From positions 1,815-65,814 of IMG/VR virus record IMGVR_UViG_3300010392_001176: a stretch of DNA of 64,000 nucleotides. One strand, written 5' to 3'. This stretch comes from a virus. Taxonomy: Duplodnaviria; Caudoviricetes. Within the stretch, counting starts at the first letter, position 1. Every line of letters starts with the position of its first letter. This document shows positions 21,401-28,958 of the stretch, piece by piece. A program made the translations under genes and the position numbers. The notes under the pieces were generated by a model. The model saw nothing but the letters and a program-made list of their open reading frames with translations. It ran no database searches and was not told the origin of the DNA.

Positions 21401-23555
21401 ATGGGTACGAACCTTCGGCCTTTCTTATTGGAATTGTTTAGCGAATTGTAATTGGGATGGTGACTCGTACAATACCGCAGGGCCAGGGCTGGCGATCCAG
21501 ACGACTAATAACGGATGGTATACGGATTTTCGACCAACCAAATGGAGAATCACGGTCACAGCTCCAGATACTTACACCCTGAGAGATACTGCAGGAAATG
21601 TAATCGCAAGCGGGGCAGTTTCGGCGGGTGCTAATGAATTCGACATAGATTGGAGTAACAATCAAGATATAGGGCCAAGCGTTTCGCCTCAATTTTGGGG
21701 TAGAATCTCTAACGGTGCTTCCAGCGACATAACCAACATCGAATGGTTTGTCTGTGCTTCGAGTTCTTCATCATATTCCAGTTCATGCTCAAGCTCTTCG
21801 CAAAGTTTTTCGAGTTCTTCTTGCTCTTCGAGTTTATTCGGTTCCAGCTTTCTTGTTCCAAATGCTGACGATGCACCTGACGATTGGGAATTAGATGGCG
21901 GAAGTTCTAAATGGGATTCGGTTAATAACGGCGTTGATACACCCGACGACGATGAAATTATCTATGCGTATGAGGACGACACGCTTGAGCAACAGTTTGA
22001 TCTCACGAATCCAGTTTTCGCACCCACGGCTGTTTCGGTACGGATGCGGGCGTATATAAGAGGACGGATATGGAATGGTACTGCTAACTCCGTCGATGTA
22101 GAGTTCTATGATGGAGCAAGCCTGATAGGATCGACTACCACGCCTAATTTTCCTGATGCGGGTGCATCTCAGGGCGTTTGGGGGAATGAGTACACGCCTT
22201 GGGTCAACACGGTCAAGACAGAAGCAGAGTTGGCCGATCTGAAAATCTTAGTCAGGTCGAATGCTCCCTCTGATGAAGTCGATCTTTCAGAGATCGAAGT
22301 TGAGATAGAGTACGGCCCACCTAGTTCAAGCTCCAGCTCTTGCTCCAGCTCGTTCTCAAGCCCTTCGAGTTCTTCATCTTCACAGAGCTTTGAAGCATTG
22401 CAAAGCCGATTCTCAGTTCCCAATGGCGATCCTAGCCAATCAATTTCAACTTATGGATCTGGTAGTGGACGTTGGGGCCGCACAAATGATGGCATCTTCG
22501 GCGGTACGCCTGATGATACGAATGGAATTTACGGCCTTGAAGATGATTTTTATCTGGCAAACATGACTAACCTGAATTATGGGGGAACGTCTTTAGAGAT
22601 CAAAGTTCATGTTCGAGCGCAAAACTTTAGTGCAGGATTCGATACTGACTTCGATGTGCTGCTTTATACAGACGGCTCTACTCTTGATAAGCAAGAGAAT
22701 TTCGGGACTTCTGATAGTTGGCAGAATTTCACAATGTCAACAACTATCCAAAAGACGGCAGCACAGCTTAATGGAATGAGAGTCAGGGTTATATGTAAAG
22801 ATCCAAGTTTCGATACGCGAATTTCAGAAATAGAAGTCGAAGTTGTTCTGCCTTCATCTTCAAGCTCATCTTCCTCTTTCTCTAGTTGTTCTTCAAGCAG
22901 TAGCTCTTGTGATTCTGCCTTCTCATCTTCGTCTAGTTCATCCTCTTTCAGCTCCAGCTCTTCGAGTTCCTGTGACTCGGCATTCTCATCTTCATGTAGC
23001 TCATCGTCTTTCAGCTCAAGCTCTAGCTCATCGCAAAGTTTCTCGACGTTTCAGACGCGAATATGGATGGTCCCAACAATACCGGATGATGAGAGTGGTA
23101 CTTTTACTTTCGGCGTTGGAACCGCCCCTGGCAATATCAATGATGGCATTTTTGGCCCTGGCGCTTCACCGGATGATAGCAATGGAATAGGCGGTAGTCA
23201 GGGTGATTATTATGAAGCTGATCTATGGCCTAATGTTCCTTCGAGTATGCCCCAAACTATAAAAATTAAATCTCATTGGCGACTCAAGGCCGATTCTGGT
23301 AGTGGCGATGTGGACGTACAGTTGCGTACCTATGGTTCACCCATAGATCCAGGCGATACCAATATCAATCCTACTACGAGTTGGGCTACTTATACTGTAG
23401 AGCATGATGCACAGTTGACTTGGATAGAGGTTCAAAATCTGGAAATGTTCATTGCATTTGAGGATGCAGCTAACGCTGATCGACTTTCCGAAATGGAAGT
23501 TGAGCTTATTTTTGCTCCATCTTCGAGTTCGTCCAGTTCTTCAACTTCGACTTAG
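12456..23555 (+). CDS. Giant 3699-aa poly-serine virion fibre/adhesin-like protein (beta-helix-like N-terminus, LamG domain, repeated beta-sandwich-like domains)
   Basis: Uninterrupted ORF; long S/F/C tracts separate globular domains; LamG signature FTIHAWIK...WHHVAL...LYLDG...GWIDEFDI. Confidence 0.85.
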   Translation: MATSRRTATNENISTYDSGGGQDYSALATWEAATDIDLVSATQSEVLECYAGSHDDEIVIDGATTNSSYFRIIRPASGEGHDGYPHQDGSAAYFVTTTSDIDMFDVVEANCQIQDLIMSLDQDGGSMYCAALTGDNQHLIGCLAINPINIGSDSKGFRENGGSGDTMYYINCIAIGCDDAAFQFDSGTSYVYNCHAIDSGEGFNESGGTVICKNCLGNGTFGSSDFDGSYDAASEYNSSGDGTAPGTNSRINQTFAFSDAGNDDFRLGYTDGGARNFGTDLSADGNFAFDDDIADGVMGAGKAGITRPQETVWDIGFHERTESSSSSSSSSCSSSFSSSSFSSCSSSFSSSSSCSSSSFSSSSSSFSSCSSSSSFSSSSSSLASFSSSSSSFSSSSSSYSLPCVNDSDHKLLLPMDGADGHTYFQDVSLGGFHGAATVVGNAEGDTSEKKWGTASLWLPSTSTSSADDYLQFADHADWDVTQYTNFTIHAWIKLVNYFNRQEPIASQYEDSSNGWTVRHAGGASDGLFFSLRSGGSNILSFGADGGSITDDSWHHVALCKVGSDWGLYLDGQQTSYGSGSPTQTFAAPLSIGASPTGFTSPYQLNGWIDEFDITHDNCFGAAPNSGDTDTIPVPQAPYQVSYSCSSSCSSSSSFSSSSFSSSSSCSSSCSSSFSSSSSFSSSSSCSSSFSSSSSCSSSSFSSSSCSSSFSSSSCSSSYSSSSSSSSFSSSSSSCSSSSFSSSCSSSSSFSSSSSSSPSCVPPSWRWADGSQLIVGTINTGVFCDTHACDLTEYVINEISGVGIPAFDQRFTFENVPKATLDVSITGYYNGNPAHNVKIAIFNYQTLLWDDMTGAAQDFPSQATPSNYVFPLSGAGTPSDYVSVGNQLSIKIDHRSNGSAGHTFHMDCVHLTDTSSSSSSSSFSSSSSSFSSSCSSSCSSSFSSSCSSFSSSSSSFSSSSSCSSSFSSSCSSSFSSSSSCSSSFSSSCSSSSSSFSSSSSSYSSSSSCSSSSFSSSSCSSSFSSSSSSSFSSSSSSFSSSSCSSSFSSSSSSFSSSSSSSSFSSSSSSFSSSSSSSCSSSSAVSFSSSSSSSCSSSFSSSSSSFSSSSSSFSSSCSSSSFSSSSSSSSFSSSSSCSSSSFSSSSSSCSSSLSFSSSSSSSCSSSSFSSSSSSSFSSSSSSFSSSSCSSSFSSSSSSFSSSSSCSSSFSSCSSSSAVSFSSSCSSSCSSSFSSSSSSFSSCSSSFSSSSSFSSSSSCSSSFSSSCSSSFSSSSSSFSSSSSSFSSSCSSSSFSSSSSCSSSFSSSSSSFSSSCSSCSSSFSSSSSSFSSSSSSSSFSSSSSSSSFSSSCSSSSSFSSSSSSSFSSSSFSSSSFSSSSSSFSSSSSSSSFSSSSSCSSSFSSSSFSSSSSSFSSSSCSSSFSSSCSSSFSSSSSSSSFSSSSSFSSSSSSFSSSCSSSSFSSSSFSSSSSSFSSSCSSSSSSLCLSVSSSSSCSSCDSVFSSSSCSSSSSSSPSCTTESAYGPNLFTTTWYDYGRVTVNENSIEQVHTDARRYAGFESRKFVALFRPGDQDSQGIEQRFVIGNPAAPAVIEQYQYSFWVYPVNRNKIRTRQRDDEGTEITRNYTGLIPNAWNQISSLVNIQTNVNAKFAWHSGAQESGTWYIDEASLRKVWCIGSSCSSSCDSAFSSSSCSSSESSFSSSCSSWSSSCSSSFSSSSSCSSSFSSSSSFSSSSSSFSSSSCSSSFSSSSSSFSSSCSSSSSCDSAFSSSCSSSCFSSSCSSSSSFSSSSSCFSSSCSSSSSCNSAFSSSCSSSCSSSSCSSSSSSESFQVLQGQYFYPNNDKGGWTVTPVGSGTTIASRVDNGINGPGRLNLGGGPDDTNGFQGSNDAFIQFRLTNPVFQGEAIEVRATIRGFAFSAPPGQVEVEFLSDSSTSHGTRTISTFTGVPANYTVGWSLNKTAAELTDAQLIVTCQDDFWNDRVTEVELQVIIEGSSSSSSSCSSSCDSAFSSSSSSSSLSSVSVSSSSSSCDSAFSSSSSSSSQSSISFSDSSSCSSSSCSSSSSCNSAFSSSSSSSCFSSSCSSSCSSSSFSSSCSSSSCDSAFSSSCSSSCSSSFSCSSSSCSSCFSSSSSSSCSSSFSSSSSSSCDSAFSSSCSSSSSSFSSSCSSSFSSSSPSISFSSCSSCSSCDSAFSSSSSCSSSFSSSCSSSFSSSSFSSSSFSSSSSSFSSSSSCFSSSSSFSSSSSSFSSSSSCSSSFSSCSSSFSSSSSCSSSFSSCSSSFSSSSSSSSQSSSSSFSSSSSSFSSSSSSSSCSSSSSFSSSSSSFSSSSSSSFSSSSSSFSSSSSSFSSSSSCSSSSSSSSFSSSSSSFSSSSFSSSSSSSFSSSSSFSSSSSCDTLWEQHFSNDSTGWQCYFMCQWSGSAWQPNTVNMGIEVHSSATWQVGYRPTKARVTIANITDTPVRISMSDAMGFPLGATVSVFTPGTYEIPLVYSSGTDIEKCDEISSSTGFDLTNIEFLVCSSSSSSCSSSSSCDSAFSSSSSSSCSSSFSSSSFSSCSSSSCSSSFSSSSSCSSSLSSSSSGSANYGWFSYLDDDHWENGGGIFAWDGDSWDSGSSSNGTLLVKSGSTWAQGLVPTAFRVTFSGPADISMEVKDASNDDWWFDDTDDLVSGQELALTDPGEDIGRIWFHRFLGTAIEITNIEFFLPDPESSSSSSSCSSSSSFSSSSSSSFSSSSSSFSSSSSESSSSSSFSSSSSFSSCSSSSSSSFSSSSSSSSFSSSSSSQSSSSSSSSGSYELQGEFIVPDEDVASSVATFGSGTAKWDRLNDGIISGTPDDTNGILGLDGDFLTSGFINPSFAGTCLEIKVHVRGKSDGGVLSDVWFSLYSDGASSDGTNTTSFPTGSFQTQTFTYSIQKTAAQLTNLRVLTQFKAPSFDDRVSEIEVEIVRTSSSSSSSSCSSCDSAFSSSSSFSSSSFSSSSHSSSSSCLAGQWVRTFGLSYWNCLANCNWDGDSYNTAGPGLAIQTTNNGWYTDFRPTKWRITVTAPDTYTLRDTAGNVIASGAVSAGANEFDIDWSNNQDIGPSVSPQFWGRISNGASSDITNIEWFVCASSSSSYSSSCSSSSQSFSSSSCSSSLFGSSFLVPNADDAPDDWELDGGSSKWDSVNNGVDTPDDDEIIYAYEDDTLEQQFDLTNPVFAPTAVSVRMRAYIRGRIWNGTANSVDVEFYDGASLIGSTTTPNFPDAGASQGVWGNEYTPWVNTVKTEAELADLKILVRSNAPSDEVDLSEIEVEIEYGPPSSSSSSCSSSFSSPSSSSSSQSFEALQSRFSVPNGDPSQSISTYGSGSGRWGRTNDGIFGGTPDDTNGIYGLEDDFYLANMTNLNYGGTSLEIKVHVRAQNFSAGFDTDFDVLLYTDGSTLDKQENFGTSDSWQNFTMSTTIQKTAAQLNGMRVRVICKDPSFDTRISEIEVEVVLPSSSSSSSSFSSCSSSSSSCDSAFSSSSSSSSFSSSSSSSCDSAFSSSCSSSSFSSSSSSSQSFSTFQTRIWMVPTIPDDESGTFTFGVGTAPGNINDGIFGPGASPDDSNGIGGSQGDYYEADLWPNVPSSMPQTIKIKSHWRLKADSGSGDVDVQLRTYGSPIDPGDTNINPTTSWATYTVEHDAQLTWIEVQNLEMFIAFEDAANADRLSEMEVELIFAPSSSSSSSSTST

Positions 23556-23592
23556 GAGTTGCAATGCGGAATGCCGCCGTTAGAATCGAGAT

Positions 23593-24111
23593 ATGTACGA
23601 TCTAAATTATTACGAAAATTTACTGAGGATTCACAGCGCCACGGCTGAAGAGATCAGCAAAAGGCGCTGGTTGTTTTTGAGCGATCACATTCAGCAGCTC
23701 AGTAACGTGCTGGATTATGGATCTGGTGTCGGCTGGTTTCGAGCATGGCGGCCCCCAGGAGTGACCGTCTGGAGCTATGATTTGGGCCTATATCCACAAA
23801 CAGGGATCGACATAGTTAGCTATGACGTTATCTGTTTTTGGGACGTTCTGGAGCATATTAGGGACTTCAAGGAGATCGAGCCGATCCTGGCGCTCTCCAA
23901 GCATGTCGCTTGTACAGTCCCGATTGTGCCGGAAGATGGCTTGAAGATGTGGAAGCATTTCAAACCAGGGGAACATTTGCATTATTTCACTCAAGAATCC
24001 CTGGTTGCGCTCTTTGATAAATTTGGCTTCACTCCATTGGCTAAAGATGATGTTGAATGCCCCCCACGCAAAGATGTTACCACCTTTCTTTTTGGGAGAT
24101 CCCAATGCTAG
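23593..24111 (+). CDS. Class I SAM-dependent methyltransferase
   Basis: VLDYGSGVG motif I; YDVICFWDVLEHI; EHLHYF. Confidence 0.85.
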   Translation: MYDLNYYENLLRIHSATAEEISKRRWLFLSDHIQQLSNVLDYGSGVGWFRAWRPPGVTVWSYDLGLYPQTGIDIVSYDVICFWDVLEHIRDFKEIEPILALSKHVACTVPIVPEDGLKMWKHFKPGEHLHYFTQESLVALFDKFGFTPLAKDDVECPPRKDVTTFLFGRSQC

Positions 24112-24320
24112 ATTTCATTGAGATGAGAAAGCAGCTCCAAAGAGCTCTTGCCGCTGGCAAGATGTTCATCACAATTAGCTACATGGACGAAGAGGAAACT
24201 ATTCAGCATTATTACTTAACTCACAACTTCCCACGGGAAGATATTATGATAAGCCTTGAACACCTTTCTAAAGAGGTTCTTCCCGAAACCCTGGAATTAG
24301 ATGAGGAAAATAATTCTTAG
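24105..24320 (+). CDS. Hypothetical protein
   Basis: GGGAG RBS before ATG 24105; overlaps neighbours. Confidence 0.55.
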   Translation: MLDFIEMRKQLQRALAAGKMFITISYMDEEETIQHYYLTHNFPREDIMISLEHLSKEVLPETLELDEENNS

Positions 24321-25227
24321 AAACGGACAAAGCCCTGGCGATGTCTTGACAATGACTAGGGGTGTCGCTGATCTTTGTCATTCTTATCCTGATTTTTTGG
24401 TCGATGTAAGAAGTCCCTGCGCTGAGATATGGGAAAATAATCCCTGGCTTCACCCGCTAGATGAAAATGATGAAGAGGTAGAACAGTTCGATATTGGCTA
24501 TGATGCCATTCATCAAAGCGGTGTTACAGGAGTTCACTTCAGCGATGGTTTCAGGATGGATATTGAAAAGAAGCTCGATCTCAAGATCCAATCATCAGGG
24601 ATCTTGCCTGAATTATGGATAAGTGATGATGAGAAAAGCTGGATAAATCAGGCTGAAGTTGAGTTCGGCTGGCGAGACAAATTCTGGCTCTTGAATGCTG
24701 GATCTAAACCAGACAATGCCTTGAAGCAATATCATCGCTGGCAGGAAGTCGTCGATATTCTCACAAGGTTCTTTGACAACCGAATAAAAATCGTTCAGAT
24801 CGGCCATGAATCCCACAATCATCCAGAGCTCACGGGCGTTCTTTCGCTTGTAGGCAAAACGGATCTCCGGCAACTCATAAGATTATGCCATTGGTCTGAG
24901 GGAACAATAGGGCCAATCAGCTTTCAATTCGTGATGGCTGCAGCACTCCAGAAACCTTATGTTTGTGTGGCAGCAGGCAAAGAAGGTGTGCGCTGGCATC
25001 TCTATCCTCATGGGCGCTATCTCTACACAAACGGCTGTCTTGAATGCTGTGAGTGGGATGGCTGTTGGCGCGGCGGCGGCCACACTAAATGTCTGACGAT
25101 GGAGAATGGATCTCCGAAATGTTTCACCATGATTAAGCCCTATATGATCGCTGACTCTGTGAAAATGTACTACGAAGGGGGAAAGCTAAACTTTGATTGG
25201 AGAGTACCTAGAGAAGAAGCTGGTTGA
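24301..25227 (+). CDS. GT9-like glycosyltransferase (heptosyltransferase-like) with Cys-rich C-terminus
   Basis: N-terminal PGDVL; LVGKTDLRQLIRL; AAALQKP; CCEWDGCW...C...C. Confidence 0.8.
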   Translation: MRKIILRNGQSPGDVLTMTRGVADLCHSYPDFLVDVRSPCAEIWENNPWLHPLDENDEEVEQFDIGYDAIHQSGVTGVHFSDGFRMDIEKKLDLKIQSSGILPELWISDDEKSWINQAEVEFGWRDKFWLLNAGSKPDNALKQYHRWQEVVDILTRFFDNRIKIVQIGHESHNHPELTGVLSLVGKTDLRQLIRLCHWSEGTIGPISFQFVMAAALQKPYVCVAAGKEGVRWHLYPHGRYLYTNGCLECCEWDGCWRGGGHTKCLTMENGSPKCFTMIKPYMIADSVKMYYEGGKLNFDWRVPREEAG

Positions 25228-25957
25228 GTATCTTGAACCAGGGCAGCGTGTCCTGATTCGATTCGGCCACGGATGGGGCGACACGCTAATGTTCATGCCG
25301 ATCTTCTGGCGGCTGCAGGATCTCTACCCACAAACTAATTTCGATCTCTATCTTGAATGTGGTCAGGAATGTATCTTTGAATCATTTCCTGACAAAGAAG
25401 GACCGGATCACGACTATGTTTTCCATCTTGATTTTCCTATGGCAGAGGGATCTGGACTCACTAAGGCGCAGAAATGCTGCATAGATGAGCTAGGAATTGA
25501 ACCTTTTTCCGAAATTGCGCCGCTTCCAAAAGTTGATTCACCATTTGTATCGTTGCATTTTCAAGGCACAGCATTACCTAATTCTGTGAATTGTCCAGAA
25601 GAGGTAGCACGGCAAATCTGGCAGGAGTGTTTAGATGCTGGCAAAATCCCTATTGAAGCCCATTTTAGGCATTTGTTTCACAATCCTATTAACACTCGGT
25701 ATGGCTTCGTTGATCGTCATGTACGGTACTGTGATGCTAATCTCAATAATCTCATTGGGCTTATACAAAATTCTTTCGCCTTTGTCGGCATCGCTTCTGG
25801 CCCTTTTGTTACTGCTCTATCAATCATGCCTACAAGGACGTTTTACTTGGAACGGAATCACGCGGTCACGGATTATGTGAAGCACCTGGATATTGCTGCA
25901 GCTCATGTGGATCACTATGAGAATGGAACGGTGAAAGAATGGCTCGATACGCTATAG
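25193..25957 (+). CDS. GT9-like glycosyltransferase
   Basis: HGWGDTLM; FVGIASGP (GT-B C-terminal motif). Confidence 0.7.
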   Translation: MIGEYLEKKLVEYLEPGQRVLIRFGHGWGDTLMFMPIFWRLQDLYPQTNFDLYLECGQECIFESFPDKEGPDHDYVFHLDFPMAEGSGLTKAQKCCIDELGIEPFSEIAPLPKVDSPFVSLHFQGTALPNSVNCPEEVARQIWQECLDAGKIPIEAHFRHLFHNPINTRYGFVDRHVRYCDANLNNLIGLIQNSFAFVGIASGPFVTALSIMPTRTFYLERNHAVTDYVKHLDIAAAHVDHYENGTVKEWLDTL

Positions 25958-26796
25958 TTTTTAGCACTACGGCTGGATACATGCCAGGAACAAACGGGCT
26001 CCTGAATGCTTTAGAACACTATGGGATGGGCCACATTGATCCTTATGTAATCATGGTCAATTTTGATCTCCCCCAGGATTACAAAGATCAATGGCCCAAA
26101 GTGACCTTTGAAGCCCTGGAGCCTAGTTTCTGGCCCCATTCAATGAATGCAGGATGGTATTGCAGATACGCTCCGCCCAATCGTGCGATTGAATTGCTCA
26201 ATGATTATGACGCAGTACAGATAAGCGGAGCTGATGTGTGTCCCTTGAATGACTACACACATTGGTTCGATGTTGCCGTAAAGACTCATAACCCTGTGCT
26301 GTCCACTAATGAACAAGGTTGCGCTGATTATTCACGAATGACTCCAAAGGGAGAGCATCCTTATGTGCATACCTGGATGGTCCCTTACGCTGATATACCA
26401 GCTATTTTTACCCCAAGCCATAGGGGGCTTCTGGCCACAAATTTTGAGTATCAGGAAAGGGACGATTGCAGATTGAGCTGGATGGATGGACTCAACTATT
26501 CCCTGCGCGATTGGGATCAGAAGGTCAATGTTGTTCCTGGCAACCTGTGGGTTTTCAATCTCAGCTCTCAAGGGAAAGTTGTCAGGGATGGAGACAAGAT
26601 ATTCTACAACGAGCAGCGCATGAATTCATTTCATAGGAAATATTGGATCGCTGGTGTGTGCAAAAGATACCTGGCTCCAGACAATCCCAACTGTATGCAC
26701 AACCATTTGATCTTCAATCAGATGTGGAATTTCTTCAACAGAGATTGTCGAGTTGTCTGGACTGAAGGCGTGGACGAGTGGGACGGAAAACAATAG
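25939..26796 (+). CDS. GT-A (GT8-like) glycosyltransferase
   Basis: YMPGTNGLLNAL; GADV at DxD position; paralogous to 27757-28665. Confidence 0.6.
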   Translation: MARYAIVFSTTAGYMPGTNGLLNALEHYGMGHIDPYVIMVNFDLPQDYKDQWPKVTFEALEPSFWPHSMNAGWYCRYAPPNRAIELLNDYDAVQISGADVCPLNDYTHWFDVAVKTHNPVLSTNEQGCADYSRMTPKGEHPYVHTWMVPYADIPAIFTPSHRGLLATNFEYQERDDCRLSWMDGLNYSLRDWDQKVNVVPGNLWVFNLSSQGKVVRDGDKIFYNEQRMNSFHRKYWIAGVCKRYLAPDNPNCMHNHLIFNQMWNFFNRDCRVVWTEGVDEWDGKQ

Positions 26797-27767
26797 TTAC
26801 CATTGTTGGCACTAGACCACAATTCATCAAGGCGGCTGCGCTGGATCTTGATGATGTGTTGATCCACACAGGCCAGCATTATGGTTATGGCCTGTCAAAG
26901 AAAATATGGGATGGCTTGAAGCTGAGAGAGCCTGATTATGTACTCTCCTGTGCAAGCTATGATCCCACGATTATGATGAGCCGACTGATTGACCAGATCG
27001 GCTCTATTCTTATCCGACAAAAACCTGATTATGTAATTGTTATAGGAGATTGCAATTCAACATTGGGCGGCGCTCTGGCTGCAGACCTACTCAAGATTCC
27101 GGTTATTCATATTGAAGCTGGATTGAGATGCTTCGACATGAGTATGCCGGAAGAAAGAAACCGTAAGCTGGTCGATCATATAGCCCAGGTGAATTTCTGT
27201 ATCGGCCATAAGGATAAATTTCAGCTTATAAGTGAACGGTGTCTTGGTAAGATTCATGTGGTCGGGGATCTCCTTTATGATTCGATGCTCTGCTTCATAG
27301 AAAAAGCGGTCCCGATGTTGGGCGATTACTTCCTGGCGACAGTACACAGGGAAGAGAACACGAATCATCATCTTGATGAGATCCTTGATGGGCTGAATGC
27401 ACTCAGCCAGAAAGTCCTGTTCCCAAAGCATCCACGAATCAAGCTGGAAAAGAAATATAAAAATATCGAATTCATGGGGCCAGTTGATTATCTCACAATG
27501 TTAAGCCTGCAGCTCGGCGCTGATATGATCTTTACAGACTCCGGCGGCATTCAGCGTGAAGCTGTTTGGCTTGGCAAGCCGTGTGTTTTACTGAGGGACA
27601 AAACAGAATTCCCACAATATGAACGATACGGCTATGTGTTCTTGGCTGGACACGACAAGGAAAAGATAGCTGGAGCTGTGAGCCATGAATGGCCCAAGTA
27701 TCCTTTTGAACATGGTCAGGATGGTCAGGCGGCAAAGCGAATAGCGGAGATCATTCATGGGCTCTAA
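26778..27767 (+). CDS. wecB: UDP-N-acetylglucosamine 2-epimerase (non-hydrolysing)
   Basis: GTRPQ, HTGQHY, GDCNST, HIEAGLR, MPEE, TDSGGIQREA motifs. Confidence 0.92.
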   Translation: MGRKTIVTIVGTRPQFIKAAALDLDDVLIHTGQHYGYGLSKKIWDGLKLREPDYVLSCASYDPTIMMSRLIDQIGSILIRQKPDYVIVIGDCNSTLGGALAADLLKIPVIHIEAGLRCFDMSMPEERNRKLVDHIAQVNFCIGHKDKFQLISERCLGKIHVVGDLLYDSMLCFIEKAVPMLGDYFLATVHREENTNHHLDEILDGLNALSQKVLFPKHPRIKLEKKYKNIEFMGPVDYLTMLSLQLGADMIFTDSGGIQREAVWLGKPCVLLRDKTEFPQYERYGYVFLAGHDKEKIAGAVSHEWPKYPFEHGQDGQAAKRIAEIIHGL

Positions 27768-28665
27768 GTATGCCTTCATCGTGGCGGCCAGCGCGAATTA
27801 TATTCCTGGCCTTGTGGCAATGTTCAATAGTCTGAAACGACTTGACAATGAGCATGACGTTATCCTGATTTCATTTCGTATGCCGGAATGGTTTCTTGAA
27901 TCACTCAAGGCATATTCGTACACGATAAGGGTTATTGAAACAGAGGGTGAAAATCAGACCCATCAGACAGCTATTGAGCGATTTCGCGTAGCTGTGGAAA
28001 TCGGCCATGAGTATGATGCGATCTGCCTGCTCGATGCCGATATGTTTCTGGAAGCAAATGTAGATGTTTTCTTTCTGGCTGGCAGTAAGGGGCTGATTGT
28101 TACTGGCAGCAACGGCATGATTATCAATTTCAATAAAAAGTATCAGGAACAATATGATTGCTACCTGGATCAAGATGAATGGCCCTATCCTCAGATCCAT
28201 ACTACTGTGCCTATTTTTCTTGATACTCGTAACCTTGATTGGTTTGATGCTCTTTATAAGTCCAGGCGGATAGATGCTTGGGATGATTTTCTTTACTTGA
28301 ATCTCTTGGGAATCAAGATGGGCAAGTACAAGAAGATGATCTGTATGCCGCCCTATATGTTCACCGGAATTCATCATTGGCAGATGAAGCCGGAAACTGC
28401 AGTTATGGAAAAAGGGGATCTGCTGCTTTCCGGTACAGAAGAACAAATCTACATGATTCATGGCAAGTGGTGGGATAAGGGCTGGCTGCAGGATCTAGTG
28501 CCAACAATGGAAAGATACTGGCACGATGAAGAGATCAGTTCCAGGGGCCAGGGAAGAACACATAATGCAATTAACTCAATACTCAACCGCTTTCGCAACC
28601 TTTTAACTGAAGGAGATCAATCATGGCTAACACAGTTACCAGAGGGGGCAGTTTCCTTACCCTGA
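27757..28665 (+). CDS. GT8-like glycosyltransferase
   Basis: NYIPGLVAMFNSL; LLDADMF DxD motif; HGKWW. Confidence 0.75.
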   Translation: MGSKYAFIVAASANYIPGLVAMFNSLKRLDNEHDVILISFRMPEWFLESLKAYSYTIRVIETEGENQTHQTAIERFRVAVEIGHEYDAICLLDADMFLEANVDVFFLAGSKGLIVTGSNGMIINFNKKYQEQYDCYLDQDEWPYPQIHTTVPIFLDTRNLDWFDALYKSRRIDAWDDFLYLNLLGIKMGKYKKMICMPPYMFTGIHHWQMKPETAVMEKGDLLLSGTEEQIYMIHGKWWDKGWLQDLVPTMERYWHDEEISSRGQGRTHNAINSILNRFRNLLTEGDQSWLTQLPEGAVSLP

Positions 28666-28958
28666 GTGGCATAGATACAGATGTTTTAGCTAGTGATCTA
28701 TGGCCGGAACAAGCAGCGGCAGGCGTTCCGATTATCAGCATTGATTTTGTGCCTGCAGCCGGAACGGATAAATGCGTTATCAGAGAAGGGAGCCTGACAG
28801 GGCCGATAATCTTCTCTAAAGATTGTGTCGCTGCAACCTTTGAAGATAGCGGTAGGCGTAAAGATTTTCAAGGCAAACCTATCCGGCCCTGTATAGACGT
28901 ATCTGAGGGCAGTTACAATGCTGCAGCCTTAGTAATCTATCACATAGGCAATCTTTAA
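28623..28958 (+). CDS. Hypothetical (possible structural) protein
   Basis: AAGGAG RBS; 111 aa. Confidence 0.55.
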   Translation: MANTVTRGGSFLTLSGIDTDVLASDLWPEQAAAGVPIISIDFVPAAGTDKCVIREGSLTGPIIFSKDCVAATFEDSGRRKDFQGKPIRPCIDVSEGSYNAAALVIYHIGNL

